A program made the position numbers and the translations under genes. A stretch of DNA of 63,847 bases, filler included, from Octopus bimaculoides (taxonomy: Eukaryota): the NCBI RefSeq assembly GCF_001194135.2. It is 6 parts of 6 records of this genome, joined end to end, with 100 filler letters (N's around TTAATTAATTAA, not from the genome) between each part and the next. Parts side by side here need not be neighbours in the genome. Positions count along the whole stretch, not along the records: positions 42,003 to 49,443 come from NC_068989.1; positions 49,544 to 51,884 come from NC_068988.1; positions 51,985 to 61,072 come from NC_068981.1; 3 more parts are not named here. The stretch is one strand, 5' to 3'. The notes under the pieces were generated by a model. It made no database searches. It saw nothing but the letters and a program-made list of their open reading frames with translations, and was not told the origin of the DNA. Numbering within the stretch: the stretch's first letter is position 1; each line of letters opens with the position of its first letter. Positions 46,380 to 60,358 of this stretch are shown here, one piece after another.

Positions 46380-47790
46380 ATTATTCTGTTACTATATCTA
46401 TTTCACACTCTCTTTCCTAATCTCTCTATCTCTATCAACCCCGCTCTCACTCACTCTGTTACTGTCACTCTATGTCTATTCAGCTCTAACTCATTCTTTT
46501 ATTGTCTTTCTATCTCTATTCATTTCACAATCTCTCTCTTTAATTGTCTCTCTATCTCTATCTACCTTTCTCTCTTATAGTTTCTATCTATCTACCTCTG
46601 ATACTCTCACCCATTCACTCTGTTATTGTCTCTATATCTCTCTTTATTTCACACGTTCATTCACTCCCCATATTGCCTCTCACTATTTTCCTTCTTCTGC
46701 TATAGTCTATCTCTATCACTTTCACTCATTCACTCTGTTACAGTCTCTTTTTCTATCTCTCCCCATTCTCATTCACTCTGTTATTGCCCCTCTGTCTCTA
46801 TTTATCCCACTCACACTCCGCTATTGTTTGTTTCTATCTACCTTCCTCTGTTTTTTCTCTCTCTATCTCTCTATCTATTTATCTCATTTACTCTATTATT
46901 GCCTCTTTACCTTTACCTCTCACTCACTTTGACTTTCTTTTTCACTCACTTTCTTGTTGTCTTTATCTCCTTACTTTCTTGTTGTCTTTATCTACCTTAC
47001 ACTCATTCCCTCTCTTATTGTCTATTTCTATCTTTTCTTTCACTCACTCTGTTATTCTCTCTCTTTCTTTCTCTCTCTCTCTCTTTCTTTCTTTTTTCCC
47101 TCAATCTAGCGGTGGTACTTCATCTACCTCATTCTCACTCACGCTTCTAATGTCTTTATATCTCTATCTTCTACTTTCACTCTCTCTCTCTCTCTATTAT
47201 GGTTTTATCTCTATTTCTATCTCTCACTGTCTTATTGTCTCTATATATCTATCTTTCACTTTCACTCGCACAGTTACTGTCGCCTGCTATTTCACTTTCA
47301 CTCATACTCTTATTATCTTTCTATCTTTATCTTTCTTACTCTCACTCACTCTCTATAGATCTGTGTCACTTTCGCTCACTCTGTTATTGTCTCGCTTTTC
47401 ACTTTTTATCTTTCTGTAACTCTCACTACTCACTCTCTTCTTATTTGTATCTATCCTACTTTCACTCACTCCAATTTGTCTATCACCCTAGCTATTTCAT
47501 TCACTTTTTCCGTTATTCTCTATCTCTTTAGCCCTCTCTCTGTTTTCCTTTATATCTCATTGATTCTCTTTATCTATCATTTGACTGTTTTATTTTGTCT
47601 ATCTCCCTCTGGCTTACTCTGTTATTCTCTCTATCGATCTCATTTAGTCTCACTCAATTCCAATCTCTTTCTCCCTCCCTCCCTCTCTTTTTCTCCCGTT
47701 CTCTCTTTTTCACTCACTTTTCTTTTTCTCTCTTTTCTCTTTATCTTTCTCTTTCTCTCTCTTTTTCCCTCATCTTTCTCGCATTCTTTC
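46380..47790. repeat. 1.4-kb CT-rich low-complexity tract (degenerate TCTC/TCAC/TATC)
   Basis: Strongly pyrimidine-biased plus strand made of ctct, tcac and tatc words. Confidence 0.9.
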
Positions 47791-47799
47791 TGTCGCTCA

Positions 47800-47960
47800 A
47801 TCGCAGGAAGTGGACGGCTGCTAGAGTCAGTCGACGTCACAGTCAAAGACAACAGAAAGTAAGAAGCCAGACGTAGTATGTTATGTGCAACGTCACACGT
47901 GACGTCAGAGAAGTTAACCCCGCCTCTTGTTGTCCCCCAGCACGTGTAATGTAGGTGAGA
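47800..47960. promoter_or_regulatory. CpG-rich promoter-like motif cluster
   Basis: GGAAGT (ETS) at 47806, GACGTCA at 47833, ACGTCA at 47890, CACGTG at 47896 overlapping the full CRE TGACGTCA at 47900, CCCCGCCT (GC box) at 47918, CACGTG at 47941. Confidence 0.55.
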
Positions 47961-48537
47961 CAGAAATTGCCTTTCGTCTGACAACCTGATGATGGATGTT
48001 ACTACATGAAATACACAAAGGCATCGGAATGTAACGCTGTGGCCTCCATGCATTTCTTTCATATAATATACAAGTGACAAGCTTATTGATTTCCTTTATA
48101 GAATCGAAACCGGGCGGTCATAGATAAATAAAGCAGCCCTAGTAGTAATAATAGTAGAAACTATAGTAGTAGGCGGTGGAGTATTCGTGGTGGTGGTGGT
48201 GGTGGTGGTAGAAGTTGTTGTATTCGGGGGGNNNNNNNNNNNNNNNNGGGGGGGGGGGGGAGTTGCAAGTGACATTGGTCGTGATTATAGTAGTGATGGT
48301 GCAGGTGGTTGTAGCAGTGATGGCGGTGGAATGTTAGTGATGGTGGTGTAGGTGGCAATAGCCATCGTACCGCTGCTGCTGCTGCTGGTAACGGTGAGGG
48401 TGATTGGAAGTGATATGGTCGTGGAGTACAGATTTCAATACCCATCTGCAGCTACATCACATAAAGACATCAAAACATCAAAAATAAACATGAATTAAAC
48501 AAAATACATCATTGATTCCAAACATCTAAATATTGTC

Positions 48538-48572
<35 letters not shown>

Positions 48573-48856
48573 TATACATCTAATAATAATAGTAATGATA
48601 ATAATAAATGTAACAACAAAAGAAATATATATATATATGTATATATATATATTTGCGTGTATATATGTTTATATATTTTTATCCCCACTTAAAGATGTTC
48701 TGTTAGAACAAGCTACATATAATTTTATATAATCAATTATATATATTGTACACACACACACACACACATATAATTGTATGATATCTATATATACATATAA
48801 TTGCATAACATGCATGTATATTTAGAATTGTTTCTAGCAATATCTATCTATTTATC

Positions 48857-48931
<75 letters not shown>

Positions 48932-49039
48932 GGTATGTATGTATGTATGGGGGACTGTATTAAGACAATCAGAATCTGTGCAAAAGAAAAACAGAAAAAT
49001 GGTAGATAGATAGATAGATAGGTAGATAGAGAGACAGAC

Positions 49040-49108
<69 letters not shown>

Positions 49109-49443
49109 TGCACACAAATAAGCACACACTATAAGGCTCTTATTACGTGATATGGCCCAAATCCGTATCACAACCGCTTTATAGATTGCATTGTATGAAA
49201 ATAGGTGTCAAACGTTAAATGAAAATCGAGCCTTAATTCTTATGGTAGCTTGTACATTTTAGCGTATCAATAAACGCATGCGCGCGCGTGCGTGCATGCA
49301 TATTTATTAATTATACGCACTATGTATAATATATTATATAAACTGTCTGTATTAGTTATGTGCGTGTGGGTATGTCAATGCATTTACATATCTATCTATC
49401 CATGTATATATATATATCTTTATATATATATATATATATATAT

Positions 49444-49543
49444 NNNNNNNNNNNNNNNNNNNNNNNNNNNNNNNNNNNNNNNNNNNNTTAATTAATTAAN
49501 NNNNNNNNNNNNNNNNNNNNNNNNNNNNNNNNNNNNNNNNNNN
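49444..49543. other. Artificial assembly spacer
   Basis: 44N-TTAATTAATTAA-44N. Confidence 0.95.
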
Positions 49544-49693
49544 CACAACTCATTTCTGCAGCTGAATTAACTGGAGCAACGTGAAATAAAGTGTCTTACT
49601 CAAGAACACAGCACGCAGCCCGGTCCGGGATTCGAACTTACAACCTCACGATCGTAAGCTCGACGCTCTAACCACTGAACCATGAGCCTTCAC
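49544..49693 (-). mobile_element. tRNA-derived SINE (third family), 5' part
   Basis: Reverse complement gtgaaggctcatggttcagtggttagagcg...gttcgaatcccggacc (A and B boxes), followed by the SINE body gtgttcttgagtaagacactttatttcacgttgctccag. Confidence 0.8.
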
Positions 49694-49694
49694 C

Positions 49695-49742
<48 letters not shown>

Positions 49743-50637
49743 TCTCCACTCCAGAGAAACTATTGACCAACAGCATTCCAGAGGTGATTATCCAGTCTTT
49801 CTTCCAATTAAAATATATCAAATTAAACGTTATTATCCGGTGCCTTCTTCCTTTACCCAGACGGTAGGATATGAGTGGAAGATTCAACTATTTTTAAAAA
49901 TCATATGTAATTACTGTGATATTACAAGTGCTGACGTTGTTATTGACGTTAAGCGCCATGTTGACTCTGACAGTCCGGCGTTTCGTTCAAGGTTGTTCTT
50001 GTATAACCATGTGTTATTCATAGAAATATGTCTATGAGTACATTATCCAATGTTCCCTTTCCATTCCTAAGAGAGCAGGTTCAAATCTGAGCGAGTTTTA
50101 GTTGCTTCCTGCAGTAGGTTGAATGACCATGTAGAATCTATAACGTTAAACATTTTGCCATTTTCGCTGTTAGTGTTGTTGTAATTTCTAATAACGCTGC
50201 CCTGACCAAGCAGGCCTACTAGAAATAGCACTCTAACCGTAACCATTCTGATTTTATCTATATGCAGGGAGCCAAGGGCCACGTTATCTAAAAAGCCCTT
50301 TTCTTAAACAGTAGTATAGAATTTGAGAAATATTTGGCTGCTATTTCTAGTAAACCAAATGATCACATCTAAACTTCCTCGTTGGCCTGTTATTATGAAT
50401 GTTCTTGCTGGTGGTGTTGATGGTGGTGGTCGTCGTCGTTGTTGTCGTTGTGGTGATCTTGGCGTGAGGCTTCATATAATTTTTCGAAATACGCTTTAAA
50501 ATAAATCTTACAAAATTGATAAAGTAACAGATATCAGATATCAGAAAATTGGAACTGTCCTTCAAGTGTAATAGTTTGACAGTTGTCGCAATAATCATTT
50601 GTCATAATAAAGCTTCTCGAAAAATAAAATTCCGTAG

Positions 50638-50660
50638 TGATTATTATTATTATTATTATA

Positions 50661-50700
<40 letters not shown>
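50638..50700. repeat. (TTA)n microsatellite
   Basis: About 20 TTA units. Confidence 0.95.
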
Positions 50701-51049
50701 GATTTTCGGAGATTTTTAGGTGACATAGAAGTATTCAATGACACTGAAGAAGAGTGCAATGCATCAAAAATTTGACTAAAAGCAATATTTTCGAAATATT
50801 TAAAATCTATAAATCTTGTGTAAAAAAAAAATAAAACAACATAAATATAAACGATAGGAAAACAACTCATATTGCTTATTTTTTTCGTTAATCTTAAGTT
50901 AGGTGTAGAGAGCCCCCAACGATCGAAATAGCTAAGGAATTAAAAAAAAAAAAGTAATCCATAGCATTATGTATTGTAAAAAATATTCGTGATATTGTGT
51001 CCATGGATAGCTGTTCATTATTTTTAAAGACATTAACTCTCACAACTTG

Positions 51050-51350
51050 ATTTAGGAGGGAGTTCGATGCTTTTTGAAAAAATATACACAGCTAAGCATT
51101 TTGCTCGGCATGGTAACGATTCTGCTCGCTCGCAATAGATACACTATTGGCTTCTGATTTTTACCTCAGAGCCAGCAAATTTTGAGGAGAGGAGAAATCG
51201 AATGCATGAACCCTAGTACAGTGTTGATACTTATTTCATCGACCCCGAAAAGACGAAAGGTAAAGTCGAATTTGAATTCAGAACGTAAAGAGCAGGAAGA
51301 AATATAGCGAAGCATTTTTGCCCGGCGCAGTAACGATTCTTCCTGCCTTC
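51050..51350 (-). repeat. SINE family B-like copies, reverse orientation
   Basis: atacttatttcatcgaccccgaaaagacgaaaggtaaagtcgaatttgaattcagaacgtaaag...ctaagcatttt. Confidence 0.65.
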
Positions 51351-51840
51351 AGAGAATATATTAATAGAGCCGAAAGACTATTTCGAATATTTCTGGTTAA
51401 AAGTCGACAGCTGTGTGGTCAGATTCTTAATCATCCTTCACCGGTTGGGGAAATATTTCAAGAAATTTGTATGGTCAATAACTTGTAAACGATCGGAAGA
51501 TTCCGGAAGGAGAATGTCAATATTTCTCTACGTATAGATATCCAGCTGAGTGGTGAGAAAAGGGTTAAATTTGCCCCTTAACTGTCGAAGGAAGCACCAA
51601 GAAATAAATGATTAATCCACCAAGATTACATTGAATCGACAGGTTACCGTGTAAACGCCAGGCAGGTCTTGCTTTAGTAGTAGGAGAGTTCAGAGTTTGT
51701 TTCTAAGTGGACAGATCAAAACATTTCTTCTGGCTGTGTGCGCGTATATCTTTCTAGTAAGCTCCATGAGTAATTATGTCCGAAAACGGAGTGTAGAGCG
51801 CTGTGTCCATATATTTGCATTTAATTCTATAGGAACATGC

Positions 51841-51884
<44 letters not shown>

Positions 51885-51984
51885 NNNNNNNNNNNNNNNN
51901 NNNNNNNNNNNNNNNNNNNNNNNNNNNNTTAATTAATTAANNNNNNNNNNNNNNNNNNNNNNNNNNNNNNNNNNNNNNNNNNNN
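51885..51984. other. Artificial assembly spacer
   Basis: 44N-TTAATTAATTAA-44N. Confidence 0.95.
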
Positions 51985-52194
51985 GAGCTCTGTTTTTAGT
52001 ATTGATCTAACTCGTCTATAGTACTCTTTCTTTATTTTTTCTTTCATTTGTGTATGTTGTATCCTATCTAGTTCATTGACTCCTAAATACTTATATGGTT
52101 GGCTTTCGTCTAGTTCTCTTATTTCATTGGCTTTATCTAGTGTTATATTGCTACTTTTAACTAATTTTCCTCTTTTCAGGGTTGCTTTGGCACA

Positions 52195-52197
<3 letters not shown>
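51985..52197 (-). mobile_element. 5'-truncated R4/Dong-like non-LTR retrotransposon (RT thumb), cut by the assembly spacer
   Basis: Open frame KCAKATLKRGKLVKSSNITLDKANEIRELDESQPYKYLGVNELDRIQHTQMKEKIKKEYYRRVRSILKTEL. Confidence 0.85.
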
Positions 52198-52254
<57 letters not shown>

Positions 52255-52279
52255 CATTATTATTATCATTATTATTATT
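52198..52279. repeat. (TTA)n/(TAA)n microsatellite abutting the R4/Dong-like fragment
   Basis: About 27 units with two TCA interruptions. Confidence 0.95.
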
Positions 52280-53307
52280 GAACTGGAGACATGGCATAAT
52301 TATTAGCACAACAGAGAGAATACCTAACAGCATGTCTTCTGACTTTATGCTACGAATTCAAAAACCTGGGATGTCGGCTTTGCCTTTCATTCTTTCTATT
52401 AGAAAGGGCTATTGTTGTTGTTGATGTTGTTGTTGTCATTATTATTATTTTTGTCGTTGTTGTTGTTGTCTGCAGCAATACACACCATTTTTTCTTCAAA
52501 AAGTTACCACGCATATAATTCTTAAAATAAGCAGTTTCATCGTCAAGTCAATTTATTTAGACATATACTTGGTTATTTCTGTAATAAACGTCACTCAATT
52601 CATTAACAATAACTGATATTTATGATAGGCCTTTTCTAAATAGCTGTTCTTATACCTTTAAATAACCTTCATATTCCTGCATCAGAAGCCCAACTGATAC
52701 TATTGAAAACGTGTTCTTCAGCTTTACACACGTCTAGTTTATAGTATTTTTTATAGAATCATATACTCTATTTTCATTTCAGTAATGTAAACAGTCGTGG
52801 TGATATTTTGAGCTATTTGGATGTTTTTATGTATTCAAATATAATTATCGTCAAAAACACCAAATATTTTATTGATTTATAGATCAGTGAAGACGTTCGA
52901 GACAGCATATTTCCGGACAATGTTTTATGATATTTGCCTCTCTATGTTCTACGCTAAGGGCAACTTTACTGAACAACAATTCTGAGTAGATAATACTACT
53001 TGCTTAATATTATAACATAGATTCTTTCGATAGTGTATTTCTATTGCAGTATTATTGTTTTAGATTATTGGGAAGAAATTATGATTTAGCGTACTGAAAT
53101 TTGAAGAATGTGTTGCATTTCAGAATTGGAACGATTACAGTGTAAATGCAAAGCCTTATTTACATGACTGTCATTGTTCAGGGAGTTTGATTCCAACTTA
53201 GTTTTACTGTTTTACTATGCTTTTCAACATTTAGAGTGGATCTTTTAATTGGCCATCATCACCGCGAACCTTGTAGTATCATCTGTATGTATGTATATAA
53301 ATATATT

Positions 53308-53338
<31 letters not shown>

Positions 53339-56300
53339 TTGTGTATATATATATATGCATGTGTATGTATGTATGTATATATATATATGCATATATATAT
53401 ACACATATNNNNNNNNNNNNNNNNNNNNNNNNNNNNNNNNNNNNNNNNNNNNNNNNNNNNNNNNNNNNNNNNNNNNNNNNNNNNNNNNNNNNNNNNNNNN
53501 NNNNNNNNTGTTGCTGTTATTGGCGCTGTTATTATTGTTGGTTGGCCTGGTCGAGATTTATGATCAGCATTGTTCAAGCTGTGTCCTTCTTTTCTACTTT
53601 GTATACTAGAGACCACAATATTCAAGATTTTCTTTACGAAAAGAACAAGGCTTCAGAGGTGAGTCGGCTGCTGTTGCTAGCAGATTCAGTGACCGCGTGA
53701 AAAGATCATCTATGCTTAACAAAACCTTGAGTTTTACTATGTAATTTGATGCGATGTTGGATAAGTATGATGTTAGACAACAAACGTATGGACAAATAAA
53801 TGCCTATATACTATTGCAGTAGTTACTTTTTCTAAGAGACTTCTCAAAGCATCTGATATTGTATATGTCTCTGGTGTCTTTGGTTACCTATATTAATGTT
53901 GAATGTTTTGTAATATGTAACGCTACATATGCAAGATTTTCTTTGATGTTAAAACGTTTTTATTATTTGGAATATATAGCGTATATTTATTTTCAAAAAT
54001 TATTAAAAAAATATACGTACATAGTATGTAGCTGAATGTAAGTTTTCCTTCGGGTAGCTGCAATATATGGTTGATTAGTTTATATATGTGAAACACATTG
54101 GTTGCTTTGATTTTTTCTTTCTGGTTTGTATGAGCTGTGAGTGGAGGTGCTATATATTTTCTGCTTGAATTCATACATAGTTATGCTGAGCAGTTTGTTT
54201 GGGTATCTAGTATTGATTCATCTTTGTTTATTATATTGAAGTGGCATTTTTATTAAAAAAATATTAATCTACATGACACATGTCTAAAACATTCAAAGCA
54301 CATATACACACGTACATGTACATTACATGTGCAAGCAGACACGCACATATGTCTTGGAAACTGAATAAGTATATCTGTCAAATATTAAAATGTTTTTTGA
54401 TGTGTAAGAATGTTTGAATAATCATCAAGATAGCAAATACATAATTAGAATTTTTTTTAAAAAGAATGTTAAATAACCGTTGCATATTCATGATATCTTG
54501 AATAATTTATGAGATATGCTAAACAATTCAACAGGCCAACATATACGGTTCACATTCAAAATTATTTCACAGAAACTGATTAGTTTTATTACGTTCTGTT
54601 ATTTATATTGTGGTTATTATAACATTATCATAAGATGATAATGCTGAAGAGTAAATATCACTCGATCTTGGCGGGATTTGAAATCAGAACGTAACTATTC
54701 ATTGCTAAATACTGAAAGACATTCATTTTATAAGACATACAATACAACTTTTAAGTAATTTCTTATGTAGGCACAAGATTATAATTATTGTGGAGAGGGA
54801 ATAGTTAATTTGGTCATCTACTATTAGAATGGAACTTAGTTTATGACCCAGAGTGAAAAGCGAAATTCAGTTCAGAACGCAAAGGGTCTAACTAAATAGA
54901 ACAAGACATATCTTCTGCTACTCTAACGATTCTGCTATTCCACAAAGATTAACTATGAAAAATGAACACGATGACAGTTAATATTCTGGCTTCCGATTGT
55001 ATTTTGACTAACAATATTAATCAATCAAGGACATCTATTGCGATTAAATATAAATTCAATATGTATTGAGAATATAAAGCATTCAGTGAATGGCCATAAG
55101 AAACATATTATAGATTTCCTGTCCAAGGTATTCCATTTTAATATAACTGTTCATCACTAGGTAACAGATTAATAACGTAATCTGTATTCTGTAGTGAGAG
55201 ACAACCCTGTACAAAAGCATACTGTGCATTCAACTAAGAAGTTGATGGTCAGTATTACTGGCTTGAGATAGAATGAAGACAGAATTAAGATTCTGTGTTA
55301 ATTTTAAGTGGTCTATTCGACTTAGCTTTAAGTTATTTTAGTTTCTTTATCGCTAAGTGTGAGGCTTCGAGCATACCTTTGATGAAATCAATTTCTGCAT
55401 GATCATTCCATGATTTCAGGTAACCTATATCATACTGCATTATCCACAAATGTCCTTTGAAAGGAAAAGAATGCTAGGATGCATTTAGAGAGAAAATATA
55501 ACTCTGTTTGAAGAAAATTGATTGATCATGTACCTATTTCATTGGTTTGTGTAGCTCTATGTATATATCATTAGCGTAGCTTGCTGCGATTTATTATAAA
55601 CTGATATGGTGGATTAAAGAATTTGTAGTGCTATGGGTGACATATCCTGCATTATTTAGCTATATCCATTTATACACTGATTAGATTGTTGTGTTCATTT
55701 TTACCTGATTCATGAAGTGAAACCCCAATAAGACAGAATCGATATAAGTAGCGATATCCCTCTCTGAAATATGCGTATATCTACCTTTGTTAGAATTTGA
55801 TTTCATATTATATGTGGCTGATAGAAGAATTGAAACATTAAGTGCACCAGATTATGTGTAGTCGAGACATTTCAGAGAATGTCCACTACTAATAATTGTT
55901 AGGAGAGTAGAAAATTATATGTCGCAAATGCGCTTATATGAAGCTGAGCCTGACTAACATGAAAATGTAACATTTATCAGTAATACGTTCAGTTTTTCTT
56001 CTGTTTATGTGGCGTTTATTCACATTGCATGTAGTATAAAAACTATCTTGTTTGAATGCGTATTAATCAATTCAACAATTAGTTCCGGAATAAACATATA
56101 GAACTTTGATTTATACTCTATGAGACGTATCAAAATCCAAACATATTAAAATATTTCCGATATGTCCACCGTTTAAGAGAAATCCAAAATATGACTCACG
56201 AGTATTAAATGATGCATCATTAGTGGTTTTCTTGGATTCTCATGTTATTGTCGATTCTTTCAACATAAGTAACCCTTTATTATGTTCCCTTTATTATGTT

Positions 56301-56844
56301 CAAGTTATGTTCCTATTATGTTCCAGGAGTAGAACATATATATATTTTTAAGAAATTTTAAATATTTCAGAACTTAAACTATTCATTGTTCACCTTTATA
56401 TTTAATACTCTAGTTGTAAAACTGACGATTAAACTCTGTAAAATATGTCCGAAGCTTCCAAAAAGCAATGATCAATACTTAGTGTCAGTAAATGTCTGAA
56501 AGTATTTTACATATAATTATTTCTCAATGAAAGAGAGCATGAACCTCAAGCATTTATTTTCATCTCCATCATATACGTTTCTGACCTTGTCAAATGTATA
56601 TCCTAACTGAGAAACTGTATAAAATTAGAGACATTTTAATGTAATAACGACACTGTGCAGCTAAAATTTGTGATGGAAATACTAATAACTTTGTTTAGAA
56701 TTACTTTATCTGATATAGGTATAAAATGTAGAAAACGTTTAGTAGTTAAACTGAATTCACATAATCTTTCTGATTTTGTCAACAGATATACATTTATGAT
56801 AATATTGCTTTTTACTTATTATTTCATTACATAAAGTGGTTTGT

Positions 56845-57190
56845 AAGCAAAATCGTTAGCACACGAGGAAAGATGCTTAGCGGCATTTCGTCAGTCTACT
56901 TTCAGAGTTCAAATTCTGCCGTGCCTTTTAATCCTTTCGGGGGCGATTTAATAGATACCAGCTTAACACTGGCGTCGAGGTAGTCGATTTACTTCCTCCC
57001 TGCAAATTGCTGACTTTGTACCAAAATGTGATATCGATACAATTTCATTATATTAGGAAGCGAGCCGGCAGAATCGTTAAAATACCAGGTAAAATGCTTT
57101 GCCTTTCATACCTCTGGGGCGGGGGTCGATCAATTAAGTGCTAGTACTGTAATCGACTAGCCCCCGAAATTACTGACCTTGTGTCAAAAT
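56845..57190 (+). repeat. Two tandem SINE family B copies
   Basis: aatcgttagcac...gatgcttagcggcatttcg...gagttcaaattctgcc; second copy starts at about 57055. Confidence 0.75.
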
Positions 57191-59114
57191 TTTAAATCAA
57201 TATTAATTCATGATATATTCTTTAAATATATACATGTTATCTCCAAAAAGCTCGTGTCCACGGTACTCATCTAGTAAGTAAGATTATTAATATACTCTGG
57301 GAATGATTAAGTATTACACCATCTCAACTTTCCAACATTAATAATATTTCGTATTCTGGTTTCAACCAGATTTCAGGACAGCACGTTTAGATAGGTGAAA
57401 AATAAAATGAAATAGCTCAGCGATTTTGTCCTTAAGATATTATGGTTCATTTATGATGTCTTTAAAAATGAATAGTGCAAGTATTTCAATTTTTGTCAAA
57501 CAGAAATTTTCATCTCCGCCACTTTCAACAAGAACGTTTGATTTTATCTCATCAATACGTACAGCAAAATAAAGACATTATACAAAATGATATCATTTAA
57601 ATCTAAGCTAATGGCACATACACATCAAACTGCTATACCCTATTAATCTTACAGCACCTTCGTCTAGACAACATCTCATTTACCCTCCGGCCATACGATG
57701 AACAGTAAGATCAACGCTTATTTCCAAAGATCGTGTGAGTATAATCGAACCTTTAGGTATATAACACCGCATTGCGCCGTCATGAAGTTTAAAGTAGTCA
57801 TGAAAGGTGTACGTTATGTCTTTTTTCTTTCTTTTAAATATCATAATCAACATTATTACTATTTCTGGGAATACTTTTTGACAATATAAATAAATTTCAT
57901 CTTCGCATGTTTCAAAGTTTAAGTGGCCGTCACATTCAAACTATTCTCATCATATTTTATTAAAGTATGTTGGTATCGTGTTTTTGAATCAAATTTCAAA
58001 CTCCAATGTTTATTTTAGAAATTCATAGCAATTTCACATTTGTTATGCTAATTTTACATCAATGGAGCTGCACTTTGTTTAATTTGTTTGGTTGTTGTCT
58101 TTTCATATTTTTTCGGAGAATTATATGTATTGTAATTCTTAATCATATAAAGTTTTGAACTTAGGAATATACTAGTATTTTAATTAACGCAATAAAAAGA
58201 TTAATTACAGGACTTTAGAATTTTGAAATATCAAAAATTGTCGACCAATAATTATTTTTATAAACATGATAAAATGAATAAGATGACAATTTATTTGTAA
58301 ACACGCACTTAAGCTCTTGAATTCAAACGGTTTTCAATTTGATAGTTAGTTTATTGGTTTCAATTTCTTTGTCATTTGAATTTTATTTCATTTCAAAATT
58401 TTATACGATTTTCCCAACAAGCAGTCTTCTTAGAAAAATAATGCAAATACTAAATGACAAATTATACTTACAGTAAAACGTAAAAGTAACATTTAAATTG
58501 TAATAAAACTCAGTTTTATTTTGATTACGTATTTATAGATATACCATATTTAAACTTTTCACATGAAACTGCTGTCTAACTCTCCAGATGATCGAAATGT
58601 TTGGTCAGCATAATGTTAATGAGTAATCGATACGTGGCACATCATAAATTAATCCTAAATGTATATTCTTCACTCAAACATTTCTCCGATACGTCAATTA
58701 ATCGATAAGTAATTTATACACAGAAGAAAATCAATTAGGAATATATACGCAAAGTAAAAAAAAAAATGTTTTCCATCTAATTTCTGATTAAGTGTGTAAG
58801 ATTTTAGTGTTTTATCAATTCAGATTTTTCAGACAGCATAAAATGTTCAGAATTCTAAAGTGAGTTCGCATATTTTCACATAGATACCTCCCAAAAGTTG
58901 TCATTTTTGTATTGCAATAGAAAACTTAAAACAGGCAAAAATCTAGTTTTATGTATTTTCAGATATACGTTATTATATTACTTCCTCATAAATTTGTATA
59001 TTTTACAATTTTATAACCTCCATTGCTCAGTAATTCCTTTAGTGAATCCAAAAGAAAAGTATCCTGAAATAAGGGCTGCAATATATAGATAGATGGCCAG
59101 AAAGATAGATAGAT

Positions 59115-59170
<56 letters not shown>

Positions 59171-59360
59171 GAAGAAACTTTTACTTGGTTCGTTTCTGTT
59201 GAGCACCACTTTGCACATGCATCTTCTACAACAGTTGGCATCTGACGGTGCATTGTCAGTGAAATTAGCTAGACTGAAGTTTTGGTGGGAGTGTTGCACA
59301 TATTTTCATTCATACGTTCATAAATACGTGCCTACACTACAGTAGACTGCGTTCGTATGT

Positions 59361-59420
<60 letters not shown>

Positions 59421-59725
59421 AAGGGAGTGCTGAGTAGTGTAGTCTGCGTACGTATTTATGAATATATGAATATATGAATGAAAATGTGTTCGTAAGATGG
59501 TAACATTTCAATGAGAAGGCAATGTGTTTACCATTTCGGATATTTGTCTTTAACCAGGAGAGAGGGAGAAGCATAGCAAAAGAGAAAAGAACAAAAAAAG
59601 AAATTAAACAACTGACGAAGAATGGTGGACGGTGGGGGTATATAAGACGGGCAGTAGGAGCGGGTGTTTTAATGCAAACATAGGAGAGTAACCTTGTCGG
59701 AAACCCAGTAACATATGCGATTGAT

Positions 59726-59772
<47 letters not shown>

Positions 59773-60022
59773 TGTGGTTTCTTTATGTCGTTCGTATATA
59801 TGTGGAAGTGTGGAAATGTGCTAAGGTGTGCAAGCGTGGAAGTATACAGTTGCTGGCTAACGTTGCGCACGTTTGTGTGTGTATGTGGGTCGTGTCGTGC
59901 GTGCGTATATGCAATGCTTCAACGAGTGGTAAGAAAGTATTCATACGAGAATGTGAGAGCGAATATGAATGCGATATATGGCAGATACGTGTGCAAGCGT
60001 GTGATGATATCGTGTGTGAAAG

Positions 60023-60107
<85 letters not shown>

Positions 60108-60358
60108 AGAGAGAGAGAAAGAGAGATAGATAGAGAGAGAGGTGTATGTGTGTGTGCATATTCGTGTCTGTATGTATGTTTGTCTCCTACCACCGCTTGA
60201 TAACCGGTGCTGATGTGTTTACATCCCCATAACCTAGCGGTTCGACTGCATAAGTACCAGGCTTATAAAAAATAAGTACTGGGGTTGATACGTTCAACTA
60301 AAAATTCGTCAAAGCGGTGCCCCATAATGACCGCAGTGTAAGTTAAAAGACACATGCA

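Noticed and set aside
47640-48080. 146-aa minus ORF over the promoter-like cluster
   Set aside because: No recognisable domain; the C-terminus is translated (GA)-rich low complexity.
49610-49693. tRNA gene (also the SINE heads at 24682, 30929, 36789, 41060)
   Set aside because: A and B boxes are present, but there is no complete acceptor stem and the sequence continues into a multi-copy SINE body.
50067-50282. Signal-peptide-like ORF MVTVRVLFLVGLLGQG
   Set aside because: Overlaps the repeat word gctatttctag(t/c)agg seen at 44727 and 50339; no splice or homology support.
59170-59275. Possible small Cys-rich exon (LANFTDNAPSDANCCRRCMCK)
   Set aside because: Weak acceptor, no partner exons and no motif.
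25799-60200. Many long ORFs made of IYIY, CVCV, LSLS, THTH or X runs
   Set aside because: Translations of microsatellites and N gaps, not genes.
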